From Xanthobacteraceae bacterium (GTDB taxonomy: Bacteria; Pseudomonadota; Alphaproteobacteria; Rhizobiales; Xanthobacteraceae), in assembly GCA_035601615.1 (NCBI GenBank), contig DATNNX010000252.1, positions 1 through 48,495 on the forward strand: DNA of 48,495 bases, in the 5' to 3' direction. The notes beneath the pieces were generated by a model. That model had not been told where the DNA came from and did not search any database. It worked only from the letters and a program-made list of their open reading frames with translations. Shown here one piece after another: positions 24,581 to 32,620 of this stretch. Made by a program: the position numbers and the translations under genes. The first letter of the stretch is position 1; every line of letters starts with the position of its first letter.

Positions 24581-25831
24581 CTAAGCCGCGGCGGCGAGAT
24601 TGCCGAAGCGCTTCAGGTTCTCCCGCTGCTTTTCATTGCGCGGCGGCAGCTTGAACAGCCGCGCGGCGGTGCCGCCGAGAATGTTGTGCTTGCCCTTCTC
24701 CGAGAGGAACGGCAAGTCGTAGATCGTGGCCGGCAGGTCGAAGTCCCAGTGCGGATAATCCGACGAGTAGAGGAGCTGCGTCTCGGCGTTGATCATGCGG
24801 AACGTGCATTCCAGCGCCTGGCGGTCCTGGATCTCGATCGGCTGCGAGGAATAGTACATGTCGCGCATATAGTCGGACGGCTTCTTCTTGAGGAGCGGTG
24901 CCTCCGACGGGCGCATCATGAATTCGTGATCGAGCCGCTGCATCAAGAACGGAACCCAAGCGAGCCCGGATTCGATCCAGATCACCGGCAGTTTGGGGAA
25001 GCGCTCGCCCATGCCGTTGATCACCCAATTGGTGCAGTGAAGGATGTTGTAGAAGGTGAAGCCGAGCGCGTGCACCGACAGGAAGCGGTTGCAGGCGCGG
25101 AACACCGGCTCGTTCCAGTTCGGCCCGGAGTGGAATGCGAGCGCGAGCCCGCGCTCCTCCAGCATGCGGTAGAGCCGCATATAGGCGTTATCGTTGACTT
25201 GCAGGTGGCGCACCGTCGTGACCATGAAGCCGGTCACGTGCTTGCGGCTGCCGAAGGTCTCGACCTGGCGCACGCAGGCGGCTGGATCAGAGAACGGCAG
25301 GCACAGCATGGAATACATGCGCCCGTCCGCCTCGGGCAGCACCTTCTCGGTGACCCAGCGGTTGTAGGCCCAGCAGAGGTCCGCCTCCATCTCCTTCTGC
25401 GGATGCATGCCGATGTTGAGCATGCCGGTCGGGAACAGGCAGGAGTAGTCCACGCTCATCGCATCCATCCAGCGCTCGCCGAGCTGCACGTCGCGATGCT
25501 TGCCGTTTTGCTCCGTCTTCTCGGAGCGCCGCAGCGGATAGCGGGTCACGCGCCCGCCCATGTCCTGGATGAAGCCCGCGTTGGTCGGCACGACCGAGCC
25601 GCGATCGGTCAGGCCGCGGCCGCCCATGGTCCACTGCCGGAACACGTCGTTTTCCATGTAGGGCAGGATGTCGCTGTAGTGCTCGTTTTCGTAGTGGTGC
25701 GCGTCCACATCGACGATGAGAATATCGTCGAGCTTGCGCCGCACCGCCTGCTTGCGGGCGTGGGCGAGAAGTCTGCTGGTGTTCAACTCATCGACAGAGA
25801 CGCGTCGACCGCGTTCAGCGAGGAGGTCCAT
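24581..25831 (-). CDS. Amidohydrolase-2 family protein, paralog 2
   Basis: LIVDVDAHHYE and YSSDYPHWD motifs, 416 aa. AGGAGA RBS. Collinear similarity to 12897-14144. Confidence 0.85.
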   Translation of the reverse strand: MDLLAERGRRVSVDELNTSRLLAHARKQAVRRKLDDILIVDVDAHHYENEHYSDILPYMENDVFRQWTMGGRGLTDRGSVVPTNAGFIQDMGGRVTRYPLRRSEKTEQNGKHRDVQLGERWMDAMSVDYSCLFPTGMLNIGMHPQKEMEADLCWAYNRWVTEKVLPEADGRMYSMLCLPFSDPAACVRQVETFGSRKHVTGFMVTTVRHLQVNDNAYMRLYRMLEERGLALAFHSGPNWNEPVFRACNRFLSVHALGFTFYNILHCTNWVINGMGERFPKLPVIWIESGLAWVPFLMQRLDHEFMMRPSEAPLLKKKPSDYMRDMYYSSQPIEIQDRQALECTFRMINAETQLLYSSDYPHWDFDLPATIYDLPFLSEKGKHNILGGTAARLFKLPPRNEKQRENLKRFGNLAAAA

Positions 25832-25891
25832 GGTTCGTCTCCTGGGTTTTCCAAATCCTGCTTGCGTCCTGCAGGCAAAGCCGCGTTCGGC

Positions 25892-26299
25892 CTAACGGCC
25901 GGTCCAGCTCTGCCACATGCCGAGTTCGAATACGGCGAGATTGGCAGCCTTGAGCAGCCCGCTCGCGGTGATCATGACTTCGGTGGCGGTGGCGCCGCCA
26001 CGCTGCGGAAGCGGCAGCACCTCATCGCCCGCCTCGACTTGTGCCGCGTAGGTCTTACACACGGCGGCCATGAGCGCCTGCAGCGCCTCGGTGCTCAGTG
26101 CATCGCGCCGGCCGCTGGCAAGCGCCCGCTCGAGCTCGGCGGCAAGCCGCTTCGCCTGTCCGGAGCCGGCACCGTTCGCGGTTTCACCCGCCGGTTTTGG
26201 TTCTCGCTCGACCGACTTGGCGCCTCTGGTGCGCTTTGCGGCCGGCCGCGCCGTCACTGCCGCGCGCCGCGCGGCCTTTGCCGCCCTAGGTGAGGACAT
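25892..26299 (-). CDS. Small conserved hypothetical protein (cassette partner, copy 2) with a basic Ala/Lys/Arg-rich N-terminal extension
   Basis: The C-terminal 80 aa are homologous to 14176-14481. ATG 26299 overlaps the Rieske gene 3' end by 14 nt. An alternative GTG lies at 26257. Confidence 0.6.
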   Translation of the reverse strand: MSSPRAAKAARRAAVTARPAAKRTRGAKSVEREPKPAGETANGAGSGQAKRLAAELERALASGRRDALSTEALQALMAAVCKTYAAQVEAGDEVLPLPQRGGATATEVMITASGLLKAANLAVFELGMWQSWTGR

Positions 26300-26651
26300 A
26301 AACTTCGTCGCCTTTCTCCAGCACCTTGTACTTGCGCAGCTTGAGCTTGCGATCCGACACGCATTCGCCGGTCTTCATGTCGTATTCGTAGCCGTGCCAC
26401 GGACAGACGAAATGCATTTCGTTCTCGGAGAAGTAGAGTCCCTGCGAGGTCTTGTCGGGCAACAGCCGCTCCTCGACTTTGGCGATGGTGAGGCCTTCGC
26501 AAGCGGGGCCGCCCTGGTGCAGGCAGAAATTGCTGTAGGCGTAGAATTGGCCCTCATGCCGGAAGATGCCGATCTCGTTGTCTCCGGCGAAGATGATCCG
26601 GCGGTCGCCGTCCTTGAACTCGGCGATCTTGCCGACATACTGCTCGGCCAT
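26286..26651 (-). CDS. Small Rieske [2Fe-2S] domain protein (121 aa), copy 2
   Basis: CLH and CPWHG ligand motifs. AAGGAGG RBS before ATG 26651 (MAEQYVGKIAEF). Confidence 0.88.
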   Translation of the reverse strand: MAEQYVGKIAEFKDGDRRIIFAGDNEIGIFRHEGQFYAYSNFCLHQGGPACEGLTIAKVEERLLPDKTSQGLYFSENEMHFVCPWHGYEYDMKTGECVSDRKLKLRKYKVLEKGDEVYVLT

Positions 26652-26739
26652 GCTGCGACGCCTCCTTGACGTTTCCTGCGATTGGTTCGCTTGACTTTGG
26701 GATACCCCTTGTGGCGGCGGAATCGGCATCCATCCGAAT

Positions 26740-26752
26740 TTGTATAATACAA
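26740..26752. promoter_or_regulatory. AT-rich inverted repeat TTGTAT-A-ATACAA (candidate operator / -10-like box)
   Basis: Perfect 6+6 inverted repeat with a 1-nt spacer. It is strikingly AT-rich for this genome and lies about 90 nt upstream of Rieske copy 2. Confidence 0.4.
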
Positions 26753-26831
26753 TTGCTGGAACAGAACCAGCGCCAAGGCGTGGTCCGGCATGTCGAACGG
26801 CATGCCTTTGCGAGGCCGAAGCGCCGCGCAA

Positions 26832-27758
26832 TCACGCCATCTTATTGGTCAGCGTTCCGATTTTCTCGATCCAGATTTTGACGACGTCGCCCGCCTTGAG
26901 GAATTCCCCGCGCGCCGCGCCGACCCCGGCGGGCGTGCCGGTGAGAATGATGTCGCCCGGATGGAGCGTCATCCCGCTCGATAATTGCGCGATCTGCTCG
27001 GCCAGATTGAAGATCATATTCTTGCTGTGGGAGTCCTGCTTGAGGACGTCGTTCACCCACAGCTTGAGGCTGAGCTTTTGCGGGTTGCCGATGTCGCGCG
27101 CCGGCACGATCCAAGGGCCCAGCGGGCAGGACCCGTCGAAGGTCTTGTGCTTGGTCCAATCGGACTTGAACGGGGAGGTGTCGCTGATGTTCGCCCGCCG
27201 CCCGCGGTCGCGCGCGGACAGGTCATTTGCCGCGGTATAGCCGGCAACGTAATCGAGCGCCTTGTCCTGGGGCACGTTTTTGGCCGCTCTGCCGATCACC
27301 GCCGCAAGCTCGACCTCCCAATCCATCTCGCTCGAGTACCCGGAAATCTTCACCGTCGCGCTGGGGTCGGCGAGCGTTCGCGCCGCCTTGATGAAATGCC
27401 ATGCCTTGAGGCCTTGGGTGTGCGGATCTGGCTCGGGCGGCCGGTTCATGCGCCGGGCCATTTCCGCGGCATGATCGGCATAGTTGGCGCCGGCGCAATA
27501 GATCGCCGATGGCCAGCGCACGGGTGCCAATAATTTCGCGCGTCCGAGCGGCAGCGGCTTGATGCGGCTCTTGCCCGCCGCCGCAGCCGCCTTGCGCAGG
27601 ACGCCTTGCGCCGTTCTCCAGTCCTCGAGGATGCCGAGCACCGTTGCATAGGCGGCTTTGCCGGTGAGTTTGGCGGCATCGAACACCTTGTCGTCGATCA
27701 CCAGCCCCGCGCGCGCGCCATCGGAGGCTTGGTAGGTCGCGAGCTTGTAGCCGTCCAT
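26832..27758 (-). CDS. Fumarylacetoacetate hydrolase (FAH) family protein
   Basis: The C-terminal FAH fold matches (DWEVELAAVIG, NDLSARD, GDIILTGTPAGVG). I take the start at ATG 27758 (MDGYKLATY), preceded by GGGGAGA. Confidence 0.88.
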   Translation of the reverse strand: MDGYKLATYQASDGARAGLVIDDKVFDAAKLTGKAAYATVLGILEDWRTAQGVLRKAAAAAGKSRIKPLPLGRAKLLAPVRWPSAIYCAGANYADHAAEMARRMNRPPEPDPHTQGLKAWHFIKAARTLADPSATVKISGYSSEMDWEVELAAVIGRAAKNVPQDKALDYVAGYTAANDLSARDRGRRANISDTSPFKSDWTKHKTFDGSCPLGPWIVPARDIGNPQKLSLKLWVNDVLKQDSHSKNMIFNLAEQIAQLSSGMTLHPGDIILTGTPAGVGAARGEFLKAGDVVKIWIEKIGTLTNKMA

Positions 27759-27789
27759 GTGTGTTTCTCCCCCTGTTCCCTCGGCCGCC

Positions 27790-27805
27790 GGCGAAAGCTT
27801 TCGCC
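27790..27805. promoter_or_regulatory. Perfect 16-bp palindrome GGCGAAAGCTTTCGCC in a divergent promoter region
   Basis: The sequence is self-complementary. It lies 32 nt upstream of the FAH start and about 210 nt upstream of the dioxygenase start. Confidence 0.35.
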
Positions 27806-28013
27806 CAATATATCGATCTTGTCGAGCGCGTCGAACTCCCTCCATCTCATCCGTGCATACATCGGCTACCTGGAGCGCGTGTTGCAGGGCTGGCGAGGAC
27901 GAGCCGAAGGGGTAGGATAAAGCGCGGCGAGAGCCGGCATAGCAGCCATCAGCGGCGATATCACGAGGCTTGGTCCGGCGTGCACGCTCGGAGGACAAAA
28001 AGGAGAAAACGTC

Positions 28014-28901
28014 ATGGTCAAAGCGAGACGCGTCGGTCACGCGACCTTCGAGACGCCCGATCTGGAAAAGGCCATCACTTATTACGGCGAGTTCATGGGA
28101 CTGATCGTCGCCGAGCGCGAAAAGGATCGCGCCTTTCTCGCCACCAAGATCGGGCAGCTGGTGATCGAGCTCAACAAGGCGGATCGGGCCCACTGCATCA
28201 AGCTGTCTTTCGAGGTCGCGGCCAATTCCGATTTCGGCGAATTGGCGCGCGAGCTATCCAAGGACGGCGTACGCAGCGAACTGCGCAACGATTCCGTTCC
28301 CGGCATGGGCCAAGTCCTGTCGTTCAAGGACGACAAAGGAACCATTATCGACCTGTTCAAAGACTGGAGCTATCTCGCCAAGCACGCGCAGGTCGCCGGC
28401 GTCGGGCCGCTCAAGCTCGGGCATGTCGCTTTCTTCACGCCCGACATCCAGCGCACGGTTGCGTTCTACGAGCGGGTCCTCGGCTTTCGCGTCTCCGATT
28501 GGATCGGGGATTTTTTCTGCTTCATGCGCTGCAACACGGATCATCACACCGTGAATTTCTTCACCGGGCCCGACGTGAAGCTGCATCACATCGCCTTCGA
28601 GCTCAAGGATTTCATGCATCTCCAGAACTCTTGCGACGTTATGGGCCAGAAACAGGTGCCGATCATCTGGGGTCCCTTGCGGCATGGGCCGGGGCACAAC
28701 GTCGCCACCTACCATCGCAATCCGGATGACCAGGTCGTTGAATTTTTCTCCGAGCTCGATCAAATGATCGACGAGGAGCTCGGCTATTTCGAGCCGCGGC
28801 CCTGGCACCGCGACACGCCGCAGCGGCCCAAGCGCTGGACGCCGGGCAAGACCAACGTGTGGGGCCCCTCGCCGGAGGAGGATTTCCACCGGACACAGTG
28901 A
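28014..28901 (+). CDS. Two-domain VOC-superfamily extradiol ring-cleavage dioxygenase
   Basis: Two glyoxalase-like modules. Candidate Fe ligands are LGHVAF, LHHIAF and VVEFFSE. AAAGGAGAA RBS. Confidence 0.85.
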   Translation: MVKARRVGHATFETPDLEKAITYYGEFMGLIVAEREKDRAFLATKIGQLVIELNKADRAHCIKLSFEVAANSDFGELARELSKDGVRSELRNDSVPGMGQVLSFKDDKGTIIDLFKDWSYLAKHAQVAGVGPLKLGHVAFFTPDIQRTVAFYERVLGFRVSDWIGDFFCFMRCNTDHHTVNFFTGPDVKLHHIAFELKDFMHLQNSCDVMGQKQVPIIWGPLRHGPGHNVATYHRNPDDQVVEFFSELDQMIDEELGYFEPRPWHRDTPQRPKRWTPGKTNVWGPSPEEDFHRTQ

Positions 28902-28938
28902 TGCCGAGCGGAGCGACTCACAATTTTGGCGATTGCCG

Positions 28939-29715
28939 CTAAGGGCGCACCGCCGGCGTTTCGACCGGCATGCCGCGCGCGCGCCACATCAGGTAAAGCT
29001 CGAGATCGACAAGTTCGCTCGCTCCGTAGGGATAAGAGACCGCGCGCATGCCGAACAGACAGTTGCGCAGCCGCCGCTGCAGCGATCCGAGCGTTTGCCA
29101 CTCGAGGCGATAGAGCGGATATCCGGTCGGATGGCCCTGCGGGATCGCCGCGCCGGCAAGCTTTTGGCCCCAATTGTCGTCGTGGCACTGCGCGCAGGCG
29201 AGATTGAGCTGGCCTTGGCGCTCTATGAACATCGCGCGGCCGGCTTCCAGAAAAGGCCTTATCCGCGCGTCATCCGCGATGTCGATCGGCATGCCGCGCG
29301 ATTGCTCCCCGATATAGGCTGTGAGCGCCAGCAGCTCCTTGCTTTCGAAGGCAAGCGGGGTCGCGCGCTGCTGTTGAGTGCGGCACATATTGATCCGCTG
29401 TTCGAGATCGACCGGGCGGCCGCGCACCGCGTTGAATGCGGGATAGCGCGCCGCCACGCCTTTCATGCTCGTGCCCGCGTCGCCGTGGCAGTCCGCGCAT
29501 GATTTGCCGGCAGAACCCTCCTTACGCTGCCAGAGGGTCTCGCCGTCGAGCACCCACAACGTGGCGGGATTGGCGCTATCGTCGTCCTGCATCGCGCGTG
29601 TCTCTCGCGCCATGAAGTCGTAACCCGACTTGCGCTCCGAAAACGGAATGTCCGCCGCAGCCGCCGCAGCGCCCAAGGCGGCAAGCATGAAAACAGCAGC
29701 GGCCGCCCGCGTCAT
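28939..29715 (-). CDS. soxA: Dihaem cytochrome c SoxA
   Basis: Signal peptide, two haem motifs (CADCH and CAQCH) and the conserved GYPLYRLEWQTLGSLQRRLRNC region. ATGA overlap with soxZ. Confidence 0.9.
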   Translation of the reverse strand: MTRAAAAVFMLAALGAAAAAADIPFSERKSGYDFMARETRAMQDDDSANPATLWVLDGETLWQRKEGSAGKSCADCHGDAGTSMKGVAARYPAFNAVRGRPVDLEQRINMCRTQQQRATPLAFESKELLALTAYIGEQSRGMPIDIADDARIRPFLEAGRAMFIERQGQLNLACAQCHDDNWGQKLAGAAIPQGHPTGYPLYRLEWQTLGSLQRRLRNCLFGMRAVSYPYGASELVDLELYLMWRARGMPVETPAVRP

Positions 29716-30032
29716 TCGACCGTGATATTGACGGACTCGGCCGCCGTAAAGCCGTTGTCGCCGGTCCATTCGAAGCTCAGCGTGCCGCTTTCGCCGGCAA
29801 CGGTGAAAAAGGTCAGAAACGGATTGGCGGCGATAGCCGGGAACAGCTCGGCGCGGAAAATTTCCTCTCCATTATATTTGCAGGTGAATTCGGTGATGAT
29901 GTCGCGCGGCACCGGCTTCCCGGTACTGTCAGGGCGAAAGCCGGTCTCCATGACATGCGAGATCAGCGTCTTGATCTCGATCACTTCGCCGCGCTTGGCC
30001 TTCGCCGGCGCATTGATGAGGGCGCGCGCCAT
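29712..30032 (-). CDS. soxZ: Sulfur-carrier complex subunit SoxZ
   Basis: 106 aa. KRGEVIEIKTLISHVMETGFRPDSTGKPVPRDII matches my recollection of SoxZ closely. Confidence 0.88.
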   Translation of the reverse strand: MARALINAPAKAKRGEVIEIKTLISHVMETGFRPDSTGKPVPRDIITEFTCKYNGEEIFRAELFPAIAANPFLTFFTVAGESGTLSFEWTGDNGFTAAESVNITVE

Positions 30033-30034
30033 GC

Positions 30035-30523
30035 TCAGCTCCCTTCGAGACACGCGGCAAGGGTGACGACAACCTCGACCTCGTCCGACCAGAACGAGCC
30101 GTCGCTCATCTGCGCCACGGCAACGACCTTCTGGGTATCGGCGAGGCGAATGCGGGTCGAGAAGCTCGCCCGCCCGGCGCGTGGGCCGAAACCAGCGCCG
30201 ATGACGTTCGGCTGCGGATTTTTCTCGGTGAAGACGTGGATCGCCTTGACGTGGTCGTCTTGCGTCATCGGGCTTTCGCAGGACACCGTGAGCGGAACGG
30301 CATTGCCGTTCTCGATCAATGCGGGCACGTCGATCTTGACCTTGCCCTTCTTGAGCGGCGCCTCGCCGACGACGTTTCGGATCGCGGCGTGCATCGATGC
30401 CGGCGTGGCGGAGCTTTGCTCGACCGCAAGCGGCAACACGATGCCTGTGGCGCCGGCGAGCGCTGCCGTCTCGAGCAAGAAGCGGCGCCGTGTCCTCTGC
30501 AGCGTGCCGTCGTCGCGGGTCAT
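30035..30523 (-). CDS. soxY: SoxY-related carrier protein with variant C-terminal arm (...VTLAACLEGS instead of ...GGCGG)
   Basis: Tat signal QRTRRRFLLETAALAGA. The SoxY core matches (ENGNAVPLTVS, VKAIHVFTEKNP). I verified the C-terminus by hand translation of 30035-30076. GAGGAG RBS before ATG 30523. Confidence 0.85.
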   Translation of the reverse strand: MTRDDGTLQRTRRRFLLETAALAGATGIVLPLAVEQSSATPASMHAAIRNVVGEAPLKKGKVKIDVPALIENGNAVPLTVSCESPMTQDDHVKAIHVFTEKNPQPNVIGAGFGPRAGRASFSTRIRLADTQKVVAVAQMSDGSFWSDEVEVVVTLAACLEGS

Positions 30524-30528
30524 GGTGC

Positions 30529-31029
30529 TCACTCCTCGCGCAGCGTCGCGAGATAGGCGACGACATCCTCGATCTGTTCCGCGCTCAGCACCGGCTTGCC
30601 TTGAAACGCCGGGGCGACGCGCGTGAGACCATCGACTCGATAATAGGGCGGCATGATCGTGTTCGGGTTGAGCCGGCTCGCATCCACGATCCGCAGCCGC
30701 AGCTGACCTTCAGACCAGCGCGCTCCGCTTCCTTTGAGGTCTGGTGCGAGTGTGCCCTGGAACTTCTCCTTCGGGAAGGGCCCGTTGTGGCAGAGCAGGC
30801 AGAGCCCCTCCTGCCGGTTAACGACGATACTGCGCCCGCGTTCCACATCGCCCTTTGCGCCGGTCAACGAATGCGGGATTGCGTCTCCAACGACGGTATA
30901 AGGACGCAGTTGCTCTTCGGCCCGCGCGCCATCGCATGCTGCGATCATCGCGGCGAGCGCGATCGCCGCGATGCGCGCGCCGCAACGCTCAGCCAAAAAC
31001 TTCGGTGGTGATCGTTTTGAACCAGGCAT
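30529..31029 (-). CDS. soxX: Monohaem cytochrome c SoxX
   Basis: Haem motif CLLCH and the conserved MPPYYR and [13 protein letters not shown] regions. The ATG 31029 start overlaps soxF by 41 nt. A TTG at 30996 is an alternative. Confidence 0.85.
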   Translation of the reverse strand: MPGSKRSPPKFLAERCGARIAAIALAAMIAACDGARAEEQLRPYTVVGDAIPHSLTGAKGDVERGRSIVVNRQEGLCLLCHNGPFPKEKFQGTLAPDLKGSGARWSEGQLRLRIVDASRLNPNTIMPPYYRVDGLTRVAPAFQGKPVLSAEQIEDVVAYLATLREE

Positions 31030-32254
31030 TCGCGAAAGTGGCTTCTAGCGCGCGCGTGGCGTTCGGCGCATCGAGCGGGCTCACGCCGGCCGTCCCTTCG
31101 ATGTCCTTGATCTGACCATCCGCCGGCCGGTACACGCCTTCGATCGAGATGCCGTAGTCGGGCGCCACCAAGCTGTAGCAGGTGTTGATGAGCCTCGGCT
31201 CATCCGGCGTGCCGCCGGCAAGAAGCTTCGCCACCGCGGCGGCGCAGACCTTGGCCTGGGCATTGGCCGAGAACGCGGATTTCGGCATCGCGCCTGCGAT
31301 CGAGGCGTCGCCGACGACGTGGATATTGGGCTGCAATTTGGATTCGAACGTGACAGCGTCGATCGGGCACCAACCGGTGCGATCGGCGACGCCGACGATC
31401 TCGGCGATGCGGCCCGCCTTCTGCGGCGGAATGACGTTTGCGACATCGGCCTTGTGGCGGTCGAAATCCGTGATCAGCGTCATCGCACCAACGTCGACCG
31501 AAGTAACCTTGCCGCCCTTCGATAACGATACCCATTCGAGATTGGGATAGAGCGCTTTCCACGCGTTCTCGAACAGGCGCTGCTTGGAGAAGGCGTCCTT
31601 GGCATCGAGGATGATCAGCTTCGATTTCGGCTTCTTGGTTTTGAGGTAGTAGGCGATCAGGCTTGCCCGCTCGTAAGGACCTGGCGGGCAGCGGAAGGGA
31701 TTGGCGGGCGCCGAGATCACGACGGTGCCGCCGTCCTCCATCGCCTCGAGCTGCCGGCGCAGTAGCAGCGTCTGCTCGCCGGCTTTCCAGGCATGCGGCA
31801 TGCGTTCGGCGGCCGTCTCGGTATAGCCGGGCAGGGCGTCCCAGCGGATGTCGATGCCAGGCGAGAGCACTAGGCGGTCATAGGCAAGCTCCGCGCCATT
31901 GCCAAGCGTCACCGTCCGTCGCTGGGGATCGATGGCGGTCGCGGGCGAAAACTGGACGGCCACCTGATCGGTCGCGAACCGATCGTAGCCGAATTGTTGT
32001 GCGGCGAGCTCACGCAACCCGGCGATCACCAAGTTGCTGAACGGGCAGGCGATGAACGTGCGGTTCGCCTCGACCAGGGTCACGCTGATGCGCGGATCGA
32101 TGCGTTTGATGAAACGGGCGCAGGTCGCGCCCCCAAATCCGCCGCCCACCACGACGACGCGAGCGCCTGCGCCTTGCGCAATGGCCGGGAGCGGCAACAA
32201 GGCCGCGCCGGCAGTGACGGTTTTGAGGAATTCACGCCGGTTTGTGCGCCTCAT
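30989..32254 (-). CDS. fccB: Flavocytochrome c sulfide dehydrogenase flavoprotein subunit (FccB/SoxF)
   Basis: Tat signal [14 protein letters not shown] fingerprint [14 protein letters not shown] and the conserved [13 protein letters not shown] region. GGAGG RBS. Confidence 0.9.
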   Translation of the reverse strand: MRRTNRREFLKTVTAGAALLPLPAIAQGAGARVVVVGGGFGGATCARFIKRIDPRISVTLVEANRTFIACPFSNLVIAGLRELAAQQFGYDRFATDQVAVQFSPATAIDPQRRTVTLGNGAELAYDRLVLSPGIDIRWDALPGYTETAAERMPHAWKAGEQTLLLRRQLEAMEDGGTVVISAPANPFRCPPGPYERASLIAYYLKTKKPKSKLIILDAKDAFSKQRLFENAWKALYPNLEWVSLSKGGKVTSVDVGAMTLITDFDRHKADVANVIPPQKAGRIAEIVGVADRTGWCPIDAVTFESKLQPNIHVVGDASIAGAMPKSAFSANAQAKVCAAAVAKLLAGGTPDEPRLINTCYSLVAPDYGISIEGVYRPADGQIKDIEGTAGVSPLDAPNATRALEATFANAWFKTITTEVFG

Positions 32255-32270
32255 GATCGGCCTCCATTCC

Positions 32271-32576
32271 TCAATCTTTTTGCGCGCCGTACCAGGCTGC
32301 GATTGCTTTGACCTCGTCTTCGGAAAATCCTTTGGCGATTCGCTCCATCACGGTCGATGGAAGCTGTCCCGTCTTGAACGCCTGCATGGCCGCGACGATG
32401 TCCGCGGGATTGCGGCCGATCAGTCCTGGCACGGCGGTGTCCGCCGCGGGCGTACTCGAATGACAGCCGGAACAGGAGAGCGCGCCGGGCGGTGCTTCGG
32501 TCAATCCGGCCGCCGAAACATGACCGGCAAAGATAAATCCTAAGGCGGCAACACTCCCGATGCGTGTGGCGTTCAT
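32271..32576 (-). CDS. Small monohaem c-type cytochrome (FccA/SoxE-like single domain)
   Basis: Signal peptide [23 protein letters not shown], haem motif CSGCH and MQAFKTG...MERIAKG. It ends 16 nt upstream of fccB. Confidence 0.85.
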   Translation of the reverse strand: MNATRIGSVAALGFIFAGHVSAAGLTEAPPGALSCSGCHSSTPAADTAVPGLIGRNPADIVAAMQAFKTGQLPSTVMERIAKGFSEDEVKAIAAWYGAQKD

Positions 32577-32620
32577 GCCGGGGGCTCCCGATGCGAAGGG
32601 GTGCCGATTGCGCCCGCTCG

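Noticed and set aside
23777-26293. 838-aa plus-strand ORF
   Set aside because: It overlaps the permease 3' end in another frame and runs antisense to the amidohydrolase, small protein and Rieske genes. It is Arg/Ala/Gly-rich with no recognisable domain, so I treat it as a shadow ORF.
26786-26805. Short hairpin GGCATG-N8-CATGCC after the FAH gene as a terminator
   Set aside because: It has only a 6-bp stem and no U-tract on the transcribed strand, so it is too weak to call.
28939-32576. Annotation as a complete canonical thiosulfate-oxidising Sox system
   Set aside because: soxB and soxCD are absent from both flanks, and the SoxY arm is non-canonical. I call it Sox-like and leave the function open.
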